A stretch of DNA of 64,000 nt. Source: Octopus vulgaris. Taxonomy: Eukaryota. This document shows, piece by piece, positions 39,865 through 54,349 of this stretch (position 1 is the stretch's first letter; the number at the start of each line of letters is the position of its first letter). The stretch is taken from positions 16,616,001 to 16,680,000 of the forward strand of contig OX597818.1 in the NCBI GenBank assembly GCA_951406725.2. The letters are read 5' to 3'. The position numbers were made by a program, and so were the translations under genes. The notes under the pieces are model-generated. The model searched no databases. It was not told the DNA's origin and saw nothing but the letters and a program-made list of their open reading frames with translations.

Positions 39865-40654
39865 CTCTGTTTCTGCCAATCCATCACCATCATAAATAAT
39901 AATAATGATGAAAACCCATAAATTTATAGGTGAGATTTTTATTGTTGCAGTCATTGTAATTCCAAGTCAACCTTCATTGGGTGGGTAGACCTAATTGATA
40001 AGCGTTTTGGTCGTCACTATTTCGTCTTTTAAGGAGATATTACCGCTACAATATTCCGACTATTTTTATATCAGGGACTAAATTATTTGTTCTTTCCTTA
40101 TTTTAAAACATTAATGTGATTGATTTAAGGGTGATTTGGCTGCTATTTCAGTTGGACGAGTGATCATATAGGGGCTACCTCTTTAGTTTCTATTGATGGG
40201 TAAAGTGATGTTATTAGGAACGGGAGCGAAAAAGTAATTACCTCATCCAAATATCGAAACCGGCTCGTATTTCAACTTACCGGGGTGGGGGTACCTTATT
40301 ACTGCTGGGCTCTGTTGTAAGGACGTTTTCTTTTGACTAAAAAGCAAGTGTAGTATTTGAAAAGGCAAATATATCAATTAATTTTTCTTCAAGAATATTA
40401 TTTACATAATTAGAGTGAAATGTCTTTAACGAAAAACATAAACTGGTGCTTTGGAGATGCGTTTCGCCGGATATCAGCTTACTGTACGGTTTAAGGATAC
40501 TCAGACCTATCGCCACTGTCTTCGCATCTCAATGTAATTAATAATAATAAATAGCAGTAATCCACTTTTAGCAGTTTAGCAGTCCTGTCACTTGTCACTC
40601 CTCCTACCATCATCATAGCATCTACTCTTACTTCCCTCATGTGGAGGGTGCTCC

Positions 40655-40795
40655 AAGAAACCGGAAGTTACCTACTAAGAACATGGCGGATGTATGTAGG
40701 ATTTAGGAGGAGAGTGTGTCGCGTTATCTTGCCATGCACGGCTTGTATATAGGCCAATGGATTTACATACCACTTACTATTATTAAAGGTAAGAA
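40655..40795 (+). promoter_or_regulatory. Candidate Pol II promoter and first exon
   Basis: CCGGAAGT (ETS) at 40661, AACATGGCGG (YY1/initiator-like) at 40680, donor-like GAT|GTATGT (40692) and AAG|GTAAGA (40789), in unique CpG-retaining sequence. Confidence 0.45.
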
Positions 40796-42344
40796 TACAA
40801 AAGTCTTTTTTTCGGTTTGGTTCTCGTGTCATTCGCCTTTTGTTTATAATTAAGATTGCGTCGAAAAGTGCAGCGCATGTCAACCCCTGGAAACCCCCCT
40901 TTTCTGTGTCCCTCTCTCAGAGAGAACATTTCGAAGTGCTGATGCTTATAAAATGATAAGGATCCCTTCTTTTGCACATCATCCATCCTATAATTACATA
41001 TCTATCCATTCTTTCTCTCATTTTTGTTTTTCTTTCTCGTATGCATACATACATATATACGTGTGTGTGTGTGTGTAAATTTTTTACGCTCGTACAAAGG
41101 ATACTTGCTTCGTAATTTCTCTTTAATATATATATATACGCGTATATATTCACACTTACACGATACGCTTTAATTATGAGTCTGTAATGAGATGAAAATA
41201 GACACCACATGCAAACGATATATGATACATATATATTACACGCGCACTGACTTATTTCATTCATTCCTATAAATTTTCAGATTGACGGATGATTTAAAAA
41301 AATGTCACTTGCAGTCTCTATTATAGTTTTTTTCTTCATTATATGCATCTCAACTGCAGATTTTTTTCTTTTAAACCTCGAGTTTCTTTTTATTTAATAA
41401 TAATAATAAAAAAAACTGTATTTTATATTAATGGTATTCAGTTCTGTATATTTTATTATTCTTTCAAGTTGTTAGATATGTCTGTAATAAATTAACCATT
41501 TACATTGTAATTAACTATTGTTATCAGAGAGAAAAGAAATTTATTAAAAAAATCAGCAGAATATATTACTATGATACATTCAAATGCAATCACCAATATA
41601 TATATATATATATATATTGTGTGTATGTGTAAGTAACATACAGTTGTGTGTAATCGACTTGGTGCGTAGTGTCGAATTCTATAAATCAGATATATATTTC
41701 GATAATATATATGTTTGTGTGTATATATATATAAATTTAATACAGGTCTAAGAATGTGTTTATACTGAATAGTATGGATGTAATTAACTAGACAAGATAC
41801 CTAATTTTATATAAAATTTACTTGGGAGAGGAGATAATGGATTTTTGTTTTTGCATATCTATTTGGTTTTTCTATATAAAATCGATTGTCTGTTCTATAG
41901 TAGTACTAAGATAGTAGATAGTAATAGAGATCCTGATCATTGGTAGCTATAAGCGGCAGTGAAGAATCCTTCAGAGTGAAAAATATTAGAGAAATGGCTG
42001 GGTGGTGATGGTAGTGCTTATCTTGGAGATCTGTAATCTATAATACAGATCTACTTAAAGATTCACACCCAGTTTAGGATTTTCTCTTCGTAATGTTTGG
42101 TATTCTTAAAGAAAATAGGTGTCTCGTTGGTAGTTTGTATGTGTTAGAACCGAATATATGGAGTGTGTGAATACTATTATGTTTAGGAATATATTGTGCA
42201 AGTGTGTGTGTGTGTGTGTAATACACGCACATACATTTAGTTTTATAAATGTATTTATTGATGGATATACGTATATGTGTTTTACACATACACACACAAA
42301 AAACATGTATGCATATATATTTACCTACATAAATATAACACGTA

Positions 42345-42411
<67 letters not shown>

Positions 42412-43191
42412 AGAGGAAGATCAAAAGGATAAGCGTTATCAATAATAGATTATAATTATTAATTATAATATTATTTATAATGATTTCATTTATAATAATA
42501 ATAATATCTTCAATATTACAAAAACATTGGCGAAAATGAAAGGAAGGACTTTCGCGAAATTAAGTGGCGAGTTAAATTCTACCGTTTCAAGCTCGGTGGA
42601 GTAAGGAAACATTCTTACAAGGTTGGGCCGAATAGAAGTACTTAATGCTTTAAATATGAAATATTTTCGAAAAATCTTTGTTTCAAGTAATCTTTGAAAT
42701 AATTTTAAGCCAACACGACATCCTTGATGTTATATTTTGTGCTTGCATATGTATGTATGTATGTGGTGTGTATAACTTATGCGTTACCCTATACATACAT
42801 ATACATGTAAACCTATATATTTCCACCCGTACAAGCACACACACACACACACACACGAATTTGTTTCGAACTGGAGAAATAAAACTCTTATGTGTGTGTG
42901 TATGTCCGACATAAATACATGCACACATGTTCCATACATGTGTGTCTGTGTGTGAACAAGCGAAAGGAAGTAGCACTCGACACATTTGGCTGGAGTTATA
43001 TGCATTTAATAACGAAACTTCGTCATGTGGAGCTGAGTCAAACTCTTGTGTGTGTGTGTGTGCACGATCGTAAGCGGGTATGCCCGCACAAGAGTATGAA
43101 TGTACATATATAACTATGCATATACACACACGTATGTATGTATGTGTATGACAGAGGTAGTTCGGATAAACCCCTTGCATATATATATATA

Positions 43192-43226
<35 letters not shown>

Positions 43227-43276
43227 CGGTGGTGCCCCAGCATGGCCGCGGCCTTCGGGCTAAAACATTTTTAAAG

Positions 43277-43305
<29 letters not shown>

Positions 43306-43312
<7 letters not shown>

Positions 43313-43480
43313 GGCCAAAAGTCACCCGACAGTGAATCAAAATTCCATAAATACTTAATATTCAATTTTATTTATTCATTCCAGTTATGAATGCTTAATA
43401 ATTGAATGCCGTGAGTTAAAATCAAGGTTTTTTTATTTTCAACATTTGTCTATTTATTAGCGAATCTCATATAAAATGAT
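43306..43480. mobile_element. Possible Tc1/mariner terminal fragment
   Basis: TAGTTGGCCAAAAGTCACCCGAC directly after (TA)n; no partner TIR. Confidence 0.35.
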
Positions 43481-44629
43481 TTTTTTTTGTTTTAATCTTG
43501 GAATTAAGTGGTTTCGATTTGTGCTTGCATATGTATGTATGTATGCATGTATGTATGTGGAGTGTGTGTATAACTTATGCGTTACTCTCTCTCTATTTTT
43601 TTAGATGTGTAACATGCACTCATACATACATATACATGTGAACCCTATTTATTTCCACACACGAGTACGTACAAGCACACACACTCAGGTGGCTTTTGGA
43701 CAGCCTTGTACACACACACACACACGCACATATACGTGTTTGCGTGTATTTCTGTCAATTGTCTGTCTAATGTGTAATATAGATACACAGCTTATCTGGA
43801 ACCTTAATTTGATACTGGTTTTGCATAGAAGCTTATTTAGGGTTTGAATGGAACCGCTATTCTTTGAAAAAAAAAATTTTATCTGACAAAGCAAGATATT
43901 TTGTAGGGTGTGGTCGGTTGCATCGATTTCACAGTCCATTTCATTGGCATTTATTTAAAGACCCTCAGATCAATAAATATTAAAGTCGACCTGAACGAGA
44001 TTCGAACAGTAAACCAAAAGGGACGTAACTAAATACTGCAAGATATGGTCTCCTCTCGCATTAATAAAAGCTTCGTTTCTCTTTTTCATCCAGGCAGAAA
44101 AACCAAAAATATTTTCAAATCCAATGAATTTGCTTTGTCTATCTGTGTGTGTGTGACCAATATATTTATATTATTTGTTTCCTCCACTGAAAAACTATAT
44201 TGTCGTGGTGTCGTCTGCTCATGAGTTTCTCTCGATCAATCTTTTTCCTCATCATATCTACATGGGTGGATGTCATTGTCTAGACTCTGATCAAGCATGC
44301 CTATGACCAAAATGGTTCCAGTCAAACCATTGTCTCCTTTCTTTTCCAGACTGTTATCATTTGTTTTTCCTTGAGACCTCAGGGTAGGAGTTGAAAGAGA
44401 TTTGGTTGCTATTTTCAGCAGGTTTGAGCGACCAGTATTGTGTGTTGGGATTGTGTTGTGCGTTCACGCTCCTTAATGATGATTTTTCTGTCTGTGTGTT
44501 TGTTGTATGTGAAAGTACGATTGTGATGTTCTCTTCGCTGAAGAGTGTTACACGAAGTCGGGGTGCTGTTTAGGTCCAGATTAACCTTGATCGTGAAGAC
44601 ATGAGATTCCAGTCGTAACAACCCCATTA

Positions 44630-44667
<38 letters not shown>

Positions 44668-45743
44668 CAAGGTTATATATATATATATATATATATAATA
44701 TCAAAATTTTCACTGTAGACTTTGTATCGTTTATTTAAGATGGTAGAGTGTCAATCGAAGATTTGGCTATTTCGAGCAAATCGGCTGTCACTTAGAAGCT
44801 TCACCTCCCCATCCGTCCTTGGCTTGTTTTTTGGTGTGATGCTCTGTTGAATATTGCTGTTTAGCCCCATGTCCACCTTGATACATTCCAGGCATGGGCT
44901 GTCTAGTGCCCACATTATCTACTGCATATAAAATGAGAGATTTGACTGTTATTTCTACCAAGTCAACTATCCACGTAGAGACTCCTTTATATGTTGCAGT
45001 GTGATGTGTGTTGTTCTTGGCTGAAAATCGAAACCGACTTAATGCTCCGAAAATACACGTCTTAATAATAATAATTAATGGTTTCCATTATCTAGAGAGG
45101 GTTGTAAACTATAAAAAGGTGTGGTCAATCAGTTGAATGAACCACAATATATGACTGGTATTTGTTATCAACCTCATTGAGATGACTTGTATTGTTGGAC
45201 CTAGAAGGGTTTGAATTTGGAACATGAGCAGATATAATTAAATGCTCATGGTATTTATTTAATCTGACAGTGCAGTTTCTGACATTCAGGAATACAGTGA
45301 TGAATCTGCCTGCCTATTTTGATCATGAGCACTCAATGGTTTGATGAGTTATCATATATGTGGTTGAGTATTCCACAGACATGTGTATCCTTAGTATAAT
45401 TCTCAGACCGAATCAGTGTGGCACAGTATGTAATAAGACTGCTAACAATTCATCTGATGAGTTTTACACAATTTCTGTCTACACCAGTTTCACTCATTGT
45501 TTGGATCAACTCAAGTTTATAGTAAAAAGATACTTACCTAAGATGCTATACACTGGTTTAAACCCAGAACTTTGTGCTTCCAAAGTGAACTTCTTTACTA
45601 TTTGGCCATGCTTGTGTCCACCAGGAATACAGGAGAGTAAATCCAGCTGGCCATATACCTAGTGCATGAGTATATGGCCATATACCTAGTGGTTTGAACT
45701 CAATAAATATGACAAATAGAAGACAACAGTGTATTTGGCTTAA

Positions 45744-45962
45744 CCCTTTAGTGTTCTGATTATTGTATCAAACATAATGCTTACTGATTCACATTGATTT
45801 GAATTAATCATGCATTATCTCATATCTTCAAGATCTTGATGGTGTAATTACCTAATGTAGAATAACATTGTAGGGTAGGTGTGAGAGCCTGGATCTGGTC
45901 AGTTTGAACATAAAATAGATTAAATATTTTGGCCGGATATGGCCGGTTTAAATACTAAAGGG
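45744..45962. mobile_element. piggyBac-type MITE (219 bp)
   Basis: TTAA|CCCTTTAGTGTT...AATACTAAAGGG|TTAA: TTAA TSD and TIRs starting CCC. Confidence 0.88.
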
Positions 45963-46367
45963 TTAACAGTTTAGGGTTTCTGTAATTCTGAGTAATGATG
46001 TTTGTGTTAAAAATAGTTAATAGGGATTTTCTTCTACAAAATTTCATGGTTAATTATGCTTGCAGTGAGAGATTTAGTCAGCCTTCACCTAATGAAAATC
46101 AATGTCATTATCAGCTTGAGTTGAACCTTCTGCTTGTGAGATCTCACTACCTCTGTCTAGATTACTTCCTCACCTCTCTACTCTTAATTGTATGAAGTAG
46201 TATGTTTGTGTGTGGATTGTGTTGAATTGACTGGTTTGATGTGTATGTATGGCAGCTGTGTACTACATTTATTGTTGGTTTCTCTTGCTTTTGAAGTGGA
46301 ACTGTATGATTGTAAACAAATGTAATGTGTACATGTGTGTGTGTGTGTATATGCATATAGACACACA

Positions 46368-46520
46368 TTTGGCTATGTGGTTAGGAAGTTTGTTTTCTAA
46401 CCATCTGGTTTCAGGTTCAACTCCACTGTGTGACATCTTGAGTGTCTTTTTACTATAACCCTGAGCTGATGAAAGCCTTGAGTGGATGTGATAGATGGAA
46501 ACTGAAAGAAGCCCATCGTG
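46368..46520 (+). mobile_element. SINE family A head, CpG-decayed
   Basis: TGGCTATGTGGTTAGGAAG...GGTTCAACTCCACTGTGTG...GATGGAAACTGAAAGAAGCCCATCG. Confidence 0.75.
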
Positions 46521-46999
46521 TGTGTATTTGCATGTGCATGCATGCATTTATACCCCTTTTGTCTTGACATCATGTAATACTTGTTTCCAATCTCCTATGA
46601 AAAACACGTCTAATCATTAAATATTATATTGCTTGGAAACAAGTGAGAGTTGGTGACAGTAAGGGCATCTGGCTATAAAAACATCTTCCACAAGTTCTGT
46701 CTAACTCGTGCAAGCATGAAAAAGTGGATGCTAACATGATGTTGATAATTTACCATTGGCTGTCAAATCTGTCTCAATGACTGCAGTCATTAAGAAAGAA
46801 GTATTGTAGGCATTTTCCTGTATCATGATTCTAGGGCTTCTCTATCATGATTCTAGGGCTTCTCTATCATGAGCTTTTAGATGATTACATGAATCCAACT
46901 TGGATTTAGATATTTTTATGACAAGCATACCACAACATTTGGTCGTGAACATCGGTAGCAAGATTGTCATTTTGTGCATTTGTCCAAAATAGGATTTTT

Positions 47000-48237
47000 A
47001 ACCCAGCAACTAAGTTCCTGCTGTTTTTTTTTTTTAATTTAAATTTTTTAGAAGGTTTAAAAAATAGCAACTAATTAATCAATAATGTATTCACCCTTGT
47101 TGTTTACGACTTCTTCCCAACGTTCAACAAGATTTTCAATACCTTGTTGGTAGAAATCACCTGATTTCGACTCGAATAATTAATCCGACCAAGCTCTCAA
47201 TTCTGTATCAGTATTGAACGAAACTCCGCACATTGCATTTGAAAGAGGTGGAAATCCGTTGGTGCCAAATCAAGAGAGTATGACAGCACTTCCCAGCCAT
47301 GCGTTTGAATGGCTTCCTTGGTCATTGGCAATATGAGGGTGGGAGATGTCATGCATCAGAAGAACTCCATGCTGCTGATTTAGGTCTTTTCTCTTGAATA
47401 ACTGTGTTGAGTCATTCCATCTGCTGAACATAGAGTTCCATGTTGACCATTTGGTTCCGTTCAAGCAATTTGTAATGGATAATCCTTTCCCAGTCCCACC
47501 ATATGCACAACATCATTTTACGCGGACAAAGATCTTGTTTCATGTGTGGTGTCACTTGTTTACCAGGGCTAAGCCATTCCTTACGCTACTTCATATTGAT
47601 GTACAGGCACCATTTTTCATTGCCAGTAATGATTCAGTAAAGAAATCATTGCTTGTGTCCATGAGTTTAAGTAAACCAGCAGAGATTGTGGCTCGTTGAT
47701 TTTTGTTGTTGTCACTTAAAGCGTGCGGAACCTATGCTCCATACTTCTGAACCTTTCCTATCAAGTGAAGATGCTTCTCTATAGTAGTGTGGGAGCATTC
47801 CATTTTCTCTGCCAGTTCCCTTGTTGTTTGATGAGAATTTTTGTGCAAAAATTGGTTTAATTGCTCTTCTTTGAACTCAAATGGATGGCCAGAATGAGGT
47901 GCATCTTTGAGGTCAGAATTTCCATTTTTAAACTTTGCATACCAATCATTAGCGGTTTTTTCAGCAGAAATGTTGTGAGCAGCTTTTGCGGCCTTAGAAC
48001 CTTGATTAAAAGCAAAAAGATGGAGGTGTTGAAAATGCTTGTTTTTCTTAAATTGACATTCCATTTTAATGACCTGATAATGAGCAAAAGTTAACTAAAA
48101 TTAACTTGAAAGAAAACCAAAATAGATTCCAAAATGATTCAAAAATAGAATTCTCAAAAAAAAATAGATTCCAAAATTTAAAAATGCAATAAATTCCAAA
48201 ATTTAAAATAACGGCAGAAACTTTGTTGCCAGCCCAA
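47000..48237 (-). mobile_element. Degraded mariner transposon, different subfamily from 36673
   Basis: FQHLHLFAFNQG, DAPHSGHP, TTRELAEKM, LLMHDISHPH. Right TIR TTGGGCTGGCAACAAAGTTTCTGCCG; partial left TIR CCAGCAACTAAGTTCCTGCTG. Confidence 0.88.
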
Positions 48238-49614
48238 TATAATGTTTTGGTGGGGCTGGTGGAAGTGCATGCTTGTAAATGTCTTGTCTTTGTGTCCTAA
48301 AGTGAACTCATGTGGTCAACAAGACTGGTTTTGAAAGCATAATACAATCACAGAAAAATGAAACAAGCAAAGGCACTCACCAAAAACCCTCCAAAACAAG
48401 TTAGCATTGCTTGTGCAGAATTTTAGGTCTGAAGAGGTTTGCATTACACTTTGTAGACACTCTCTACCTTGGTGGCCATTGAATAAAATTCACACACTCA
48501 GTAGTGTGAGAGCATCATGATCCGTGCCAAATGAAGGTTCCCAAACTGGCCAAAACCACTGAGAGAGATATTGCTTTATTGTAACATAACTAAGGGTACT
48601 TCACACTAGTTGTTTTACAACACACTGGACACCGACTTGGAATTTCCAGTTCCTCCTGCTATTGGTTGTTGGGTTCATTTGTCCTTTTGACAGGTTTTGT
48701 TTTTGTCCTGTTAGGTTTCCAGCAGCATTCCCTCATCAAACCAGCTCAGTGGGATGCCTGGTGAGTTGCTAATAGACCCAAGCATGCAACAGTTTATACA
48801 GGATTACATGTTACAAGTAGTATTCAAGAACAACATTATACACAGGCACATACACACATATGTGAGTGTGTGTTCATCATGCATATAAATATACATATTA
48901 AAGGTTACTCTGGCATATACCCAATAGTGACTTTTCATCTGGAAAATAAGACTGCTGGCACATCAGTAATTAATAGACTTATGTATATACACAATTATTT
49001 ACACATACATAGTTACACATTTATGCATGTGAGTACAGACACACTCAGACATATTTCAACAAGTTATGTCAACAAAGAAAAATTGCACTTTGTTCTTGAA
49101 TTTATCAATGATTCATAAGAACAATTGTATCTCAACTGGTACTATTCCAACTTATTTTTGAAATCAGAGTTTTGTTTCCTAAAAGTTTCCAAGCACGACC
49201 ATCATGTCTTTATGTATTTGGAGATTTTTCTGCATGTGTAAGAATGCATTCCAATCATGGCTATTTTTATTTTTTTTGAGACTATGCATCCAAATGAGTC
49301 AGGAAACCTCATTTAGTGCCCACTTTTCCATACTTGCACAGATCAGATGGAGTTTGTTGAAGGTGATGATTGGATGCTCTCTTATTTCTCTCACTTATTT
49401 CCAGATATGGCAATATCTTCAATAGCCAGCTTTGTTTTCCACAGAAGACTGGAAACAAACAACAAACTGTCCAACCCATGCCAGCATGGACAACATACGT
49501 TAAGTGATAATAATGATTGATTGTATGATGGTGATGCTCATTTACAGCCTTCATGTGTTGCCAAGGGGGTCACACACCCACAACTCTCTCATTCTCTTTC
49601 TCTCACACACATGA

Positions 49615-49775
49615 AATGGGCTTCTTCCTGTTTCCATCCATCAAATTTATTTGCAAGGCTTTGGTTAGCCCAGGGCTATAGCATAAGATATTTGCCTAAA
49701 AGTGTCATGCAATAGGACTGAACCCAAGACTACATTGTTTGGAAGTAAGCTTCTTGACCACACAGCCATGCCTGT
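49615..49775 (-). mobile_element. SINE family A head, CpG-decayed
   Basis: AAGGCTTTGGTTAGCCCAGGGCTATAG...GGACTGAACCC...CCACACAGCCATGCC. Confidence 0.75.
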
Positions 49776-51639
49776 GAACTATATGAATTTAAATAAGATT
49801 TAATGTTATTTATGATAAAACAATTTATTGCATATTATTGCAGTGGAATAGGATTCAAAATTGTGATTTATGAACAATCACAATAAGTATTTCTCTTGCC
49901 ATGTATGATAATGCATAGAATGGTGTAATTCAAAATATTGGTCAAGCTCCATTGTACCTCTTCTTGAGTTCAAAAGAAAGAAAATTAGAACCACTTTTAG
50001 GTACTTAGATAATGTGGACTATCCATATATCTTCTCTATAGTAAGTCACTTGAGCTTGTCCTTCTCTCAACACCTATCATAAAGCCATCTCTTTCTTTCA
50101 AATACTTCCACCCACTTAGTTGAAGGGACCTTTTCTTTTTTTTTTTCTTTTCCTATCTTGCAAGTTTCTTACCTCACTAGTGGTAGTGGCACTCAGCATT
50201 CAGTAAGCTGGTAGGTGTTAAGAAGGGTATCCAACTGTAGAAACCATGCTAAAGCTGACATGGGTGCTGGATTCTGTCAAACTACCCAACACATGCCAGC
50301 ATGGAAGGTGATGATGATTTGTCTCTGATTTGAACAGAAGAGAAAAAGAATGATCACAGTTGGAATGCTTTTATTTTTATGAATAAAAAAAAAAAATTCT
50401 GAATTTATAAAAACAGGAAGGTGATGGTTGGAAAATTGGTGAAATAATCTGCTACCGTAAACAACAACAAAAAGAAAAGTATAGTCACAATTGAAATGCT
50501 TTCCTTTATAATCATGGTCTTGACTGGAAAACATGAAAGGTAAACCAGATTCTCTAAAACAGATGGAATGGTTATAGTTAGACATGTTTGTTCTAACTAA
50601 TATTTGATAGATTGATGAATAAATTATGATTTGAATCTCTTGAAGCACAACCATTAAGTAGAATTATACCATCTTTGATGGCCTTAAACCTTGCTGCAGT
50701 AAGTGGTTGCAGTTGGCAAGAAACCATAGAAGGATTGACAGGAGAAAGCTAATTAAGTCCTTGTTGCCCCACTCAGGCAAAGCATTCAGGCTAAGAGGCA
50801 CAATACTTGTGACTGAGATACCTACTGAAGATATGGAAGGTTTTATTGATATTACAATGGCTTTAAACACCATCAAGAGATGAGTTTGCAGTGTCTTTAA
50901 GTGACTCCTACTGCTTCTGTATGAAGCAAAGAAAGTTTCTAAGATGTTTATTTCATCTAAGTTCATTTTGGTGTTTGTTTCCAAAGTGGTCTTGTGGTTT
51001 TAATTTACATAGAAAATGTCAAAAATTTTGCATACTGTATATCCTCCCTTGTCAGATAACACTTCAGTAAAGCTGAAAAAACAGTCATATTTTCTTTACC
51101 AGGACTTGCAGATTTACCCATTGTTAAGAGTTTGTGTAATTTTTAAAATGCTAATTTTTACACTCTATGACCTCAAATAAACTTAGTTTTCTTTTCCATG
51201 AAAAGTAGTTAACATGTAGAGTTGTGCTGATACTTGTCAGCAATCCTTATTTCAAGAAGTCTTTTCCATATATTTGACTATGCTGGTTCTATTTTTAGGT
51301 GATTTTATGAAAGAGAACTTTTAAGACTTTTGGAATTAACTGTGGATTATTCAAACAATTGTTGGTTACAGACCAAGAACTTCACTGATATTTAATCATC
51401 TCCTCTCTATTATTGAACCACTGTAGTACTTTCAATTTACTTTCACTATTTACATGGACGTGTGTGTGTATAATATATATATATATGTATATGTATATTT
51501 AATGTGCATATATAGGCTTTTTTTTATTGGTGCATATATATGCTTCTATATTTGTATGCGCAAATATACACATATATATACATATTTATATGCATAAATG
51601 TATGCCCATATATGTGTGTGTGTGTGTACATATGCATGT

Positions 51640-52523
51640 GAGTGACGACCGGTCTCCTTTGATGAAAAACAAAGGATTGTGTGCCTTCACCAAGGGGGCA
51701 AGTCAAATTCTGTGATAGTAACTACTGTATGAACGTTTAGAACTGTTGTGCAACGAATTGTGGCTCGTTTTAAGCCATCAGGATCGACAGATGCTAAACC
51801 CAAAACCAGTAGACCTCATAAGACTTCAAGACAGGTTCTTATTATAGTTTGAAGTACTGCTGAGATATCCCACGAGTTTAGCTCCACTTCCGATGTCAAT
51901 GTGTCGCGCAGAACAGTTTCTTGGTTACGAGATTCTGGGTTGCTTGCTCGGGCACCAGGAAAGAAATTTCTGGTCTCCAAGAAGAATCAAAAAGCCTGTC
52001 TTCGTTTCGCTCACGAACATGTCGTTTGGACAGAAGAACAGTGGTCGCAGGTTCATTTTAGCGATGAATCTAAGTTTAATGTGATTGGTTCTGATGGGGC
52101 TGGGTGGGAGGCGAAGGAGAAATCCAAAGAATCAAGATGAACTCTGGGCATTATTGAAAAACGAATGGAACAATATCGTTCCATCACTTTGCAAGAAATT
52201 AATTCAGTCCTGTGGTAACATATGTCATTGATAGTAAAGAGATGTTCACAAAATATTAATAGTAAAGGTTTCTTTTTTGTTCTTGTTCCGTTTTTCATTG
52301 GTTTTCTAAGTGATCCTTAACTTTTAGCCGTTGCAGTTTGGAACATTTGTTTATTTCCCCATAACTAACGAAATATTTATTCCATTCACTTGAAATTTTC
52401 ATGAAAGATATTAGATATATCTAAATATGTATAAAATATCTAGTCTCGATGTTTTATTAATCTTTTATAATACATATTTCAATACACTTGTTCTTACTAA
52501 CCCCTATATTATGGCCGCTACTG
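51640..52523 (+). mobile_element. Deleted Tc1-like transposon
   Basis: LRFAHEHVVWTEEQWSQVHFSDESKFNVIGSDG (first catalytic Asp motif); right terminus CCCCTATATTATGGCCGCTACTG. Confidence 0.85.
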
Positions 52524-54349
52524 TGTGTGTGTAAGCCAGCATCATTTTCCATGTTGATGTAGGTTGGACAGTCTGACAGAAGTTGATGAACCAGCTTTAA
52601 GCATGATTTCTATGGCTGGGTACCTTTCCTAATGCAAACCATTTCACTGAGTGTACTTGGTGCTTTTTATGCGACACAGGCATTAGTGAGGTGGCCAGGT
52701 AACTTACAAGGTGATCTTAACTGAAGAGTATTATTGACAGTGAATTCGAAGTTTCAGCCACTTAATCCATCGTCGAAATTGGCCGGAACTTCGAAGTCAC
52801 TATAATGTTTTCTTGTTTAAGAATAATAGGCGCGCGCACACACACACACACACACACACGCGTTTGTGTATGTGCACATACATGCTTATTCCTATATATG
52901 TATATATTCATAATATATTTATATATACATTTATGTATTGATAAATGCATATATAGTATTAAAACAAGTTGATTCGGCTCCCCTCGATTTAAAGTTTCGC
53001 AGGCTTCTTACCGAAACTTAGCTCATTGAGGCATAGAATGAAGAGATACAGAAAGTCCAAGAGTCATATATAATACCTATATGTTTATCATATAGATATA
53101 TGTGAAATAACAAAATACGATATCTGAGGACATAGTGGCATCACGCACCTTGTCATCTCAATATTCCCTATCTCTCTTATAATCTCTTTCTATCTTCTTT
53201 CACCATTATCAACACCATTGGCACCGCTGCCACTGCCGTATTAACCAATGTCACGCTTTCCATCAGCACCGCTACCACAACAATCAACAGTTCCTGTCTT
53301 ATTATCTGAGTTGCTTCCTTTAGCATTGCGCACATGGAAATTGAAAAGCAATATTCATATCTATCTGTCTGTTTGTCTGTCTGTCTATGCATCATAATCA
53401 TGTGTATGTAAGTATATGAGCATGTATATGCACATGTGTGTTTATATGTGTACATATTTCTGTATATATAGTTACGTATATGTGTGTATGTGTTCAAATA
53501 AATCTTCTTATACGCCACTTCTTTCAGTAAGGATATTAATTCGTTCCACCTTTGCTTCTTCATAGGAAATTCTGATATCAGAAGAAGGTTAAGCATCGTT
53601 CCTCTGCAGATACTTTCTTTGAACTTCTGTAAGAAATATGCACTTACTTAAAATATAAGGTAGTACTGCAATATACATACGTGCATGCATGTATGTATTG
53701 TATGAGTGAATGAAAAAATCTTTTGAACAATGTTCTATATAATTGAACAACTGAAATAAAATCATTGTATTTAGTTTATGCATTGAGTGAAATAGAGATA
53801 ACCATAAAATATAGATTTTAATGCCTCTGGTTCTCTTTTTTGCCTTTATGAAAATCATAAAACGTTGGTTGCTTTGTCTTCTTTTTGTGAACCTATAATT
53901 CTTTCCTGTAACAATTCATCATTATAGATTTTATTGGTCTTTTAACGTTCATGTTGTGTTCAAAACTTTGATCATTTTATTTTTCAAAGTCGTTTTAGAG
54001 GGGTGAGTTAGGGTGTTAACCCTTAGCCGGTCCTGTCTGTCGCTTGTGACACACAGGTCATATTTCCCTAGCGTCCATGCGTCACGTATAATACACATTC
54101 CAATTTGTTTTCAACCACCAAAGTAACGTGGGACTTATGAAAGGAAAGCTTTAAATTAATCAGAACGTATAAAACATAATCTAACTGAAAACAAGCATGG
54201 ATGTTTAGGGTAAACCTTATGACAATATTTGGGACAGGCAAAGGGTTAAGGCGACCCATGGAAATTTTTCTTCGCTGTCCGGACTCGTTATCACTCGTGG
54301 TGTTAATTCCCTGGGGTTTTCTTTCCATAGGAGCTGATATCGTTTTCAG

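Noticed and set aside
42735-43685. ~130-bp direct repeats at ~42735 and ~43517 as LTRs
   Set aside because: Low-complexity local duplication without TG..CA ends, PBS, PPT or internal coding sequence.
44530-44570. CTGAAGA-GTG-TTA-CAC-GAAG hammerhead-like motif
   Set aside because: GAAG instead of GAAA, and no stem I or stem III.
50664-50984. 106-aa ORF as a host exon
   Set aside because: No recognisable domain, a stop just upstream in frame and no convincing splice sites.
52975-53035. Inverted repeat AAGTTTCG/CGAAACTT with a GAAAC motif on the minus strand
   Set aside because: No intact core; too degenerate to call.
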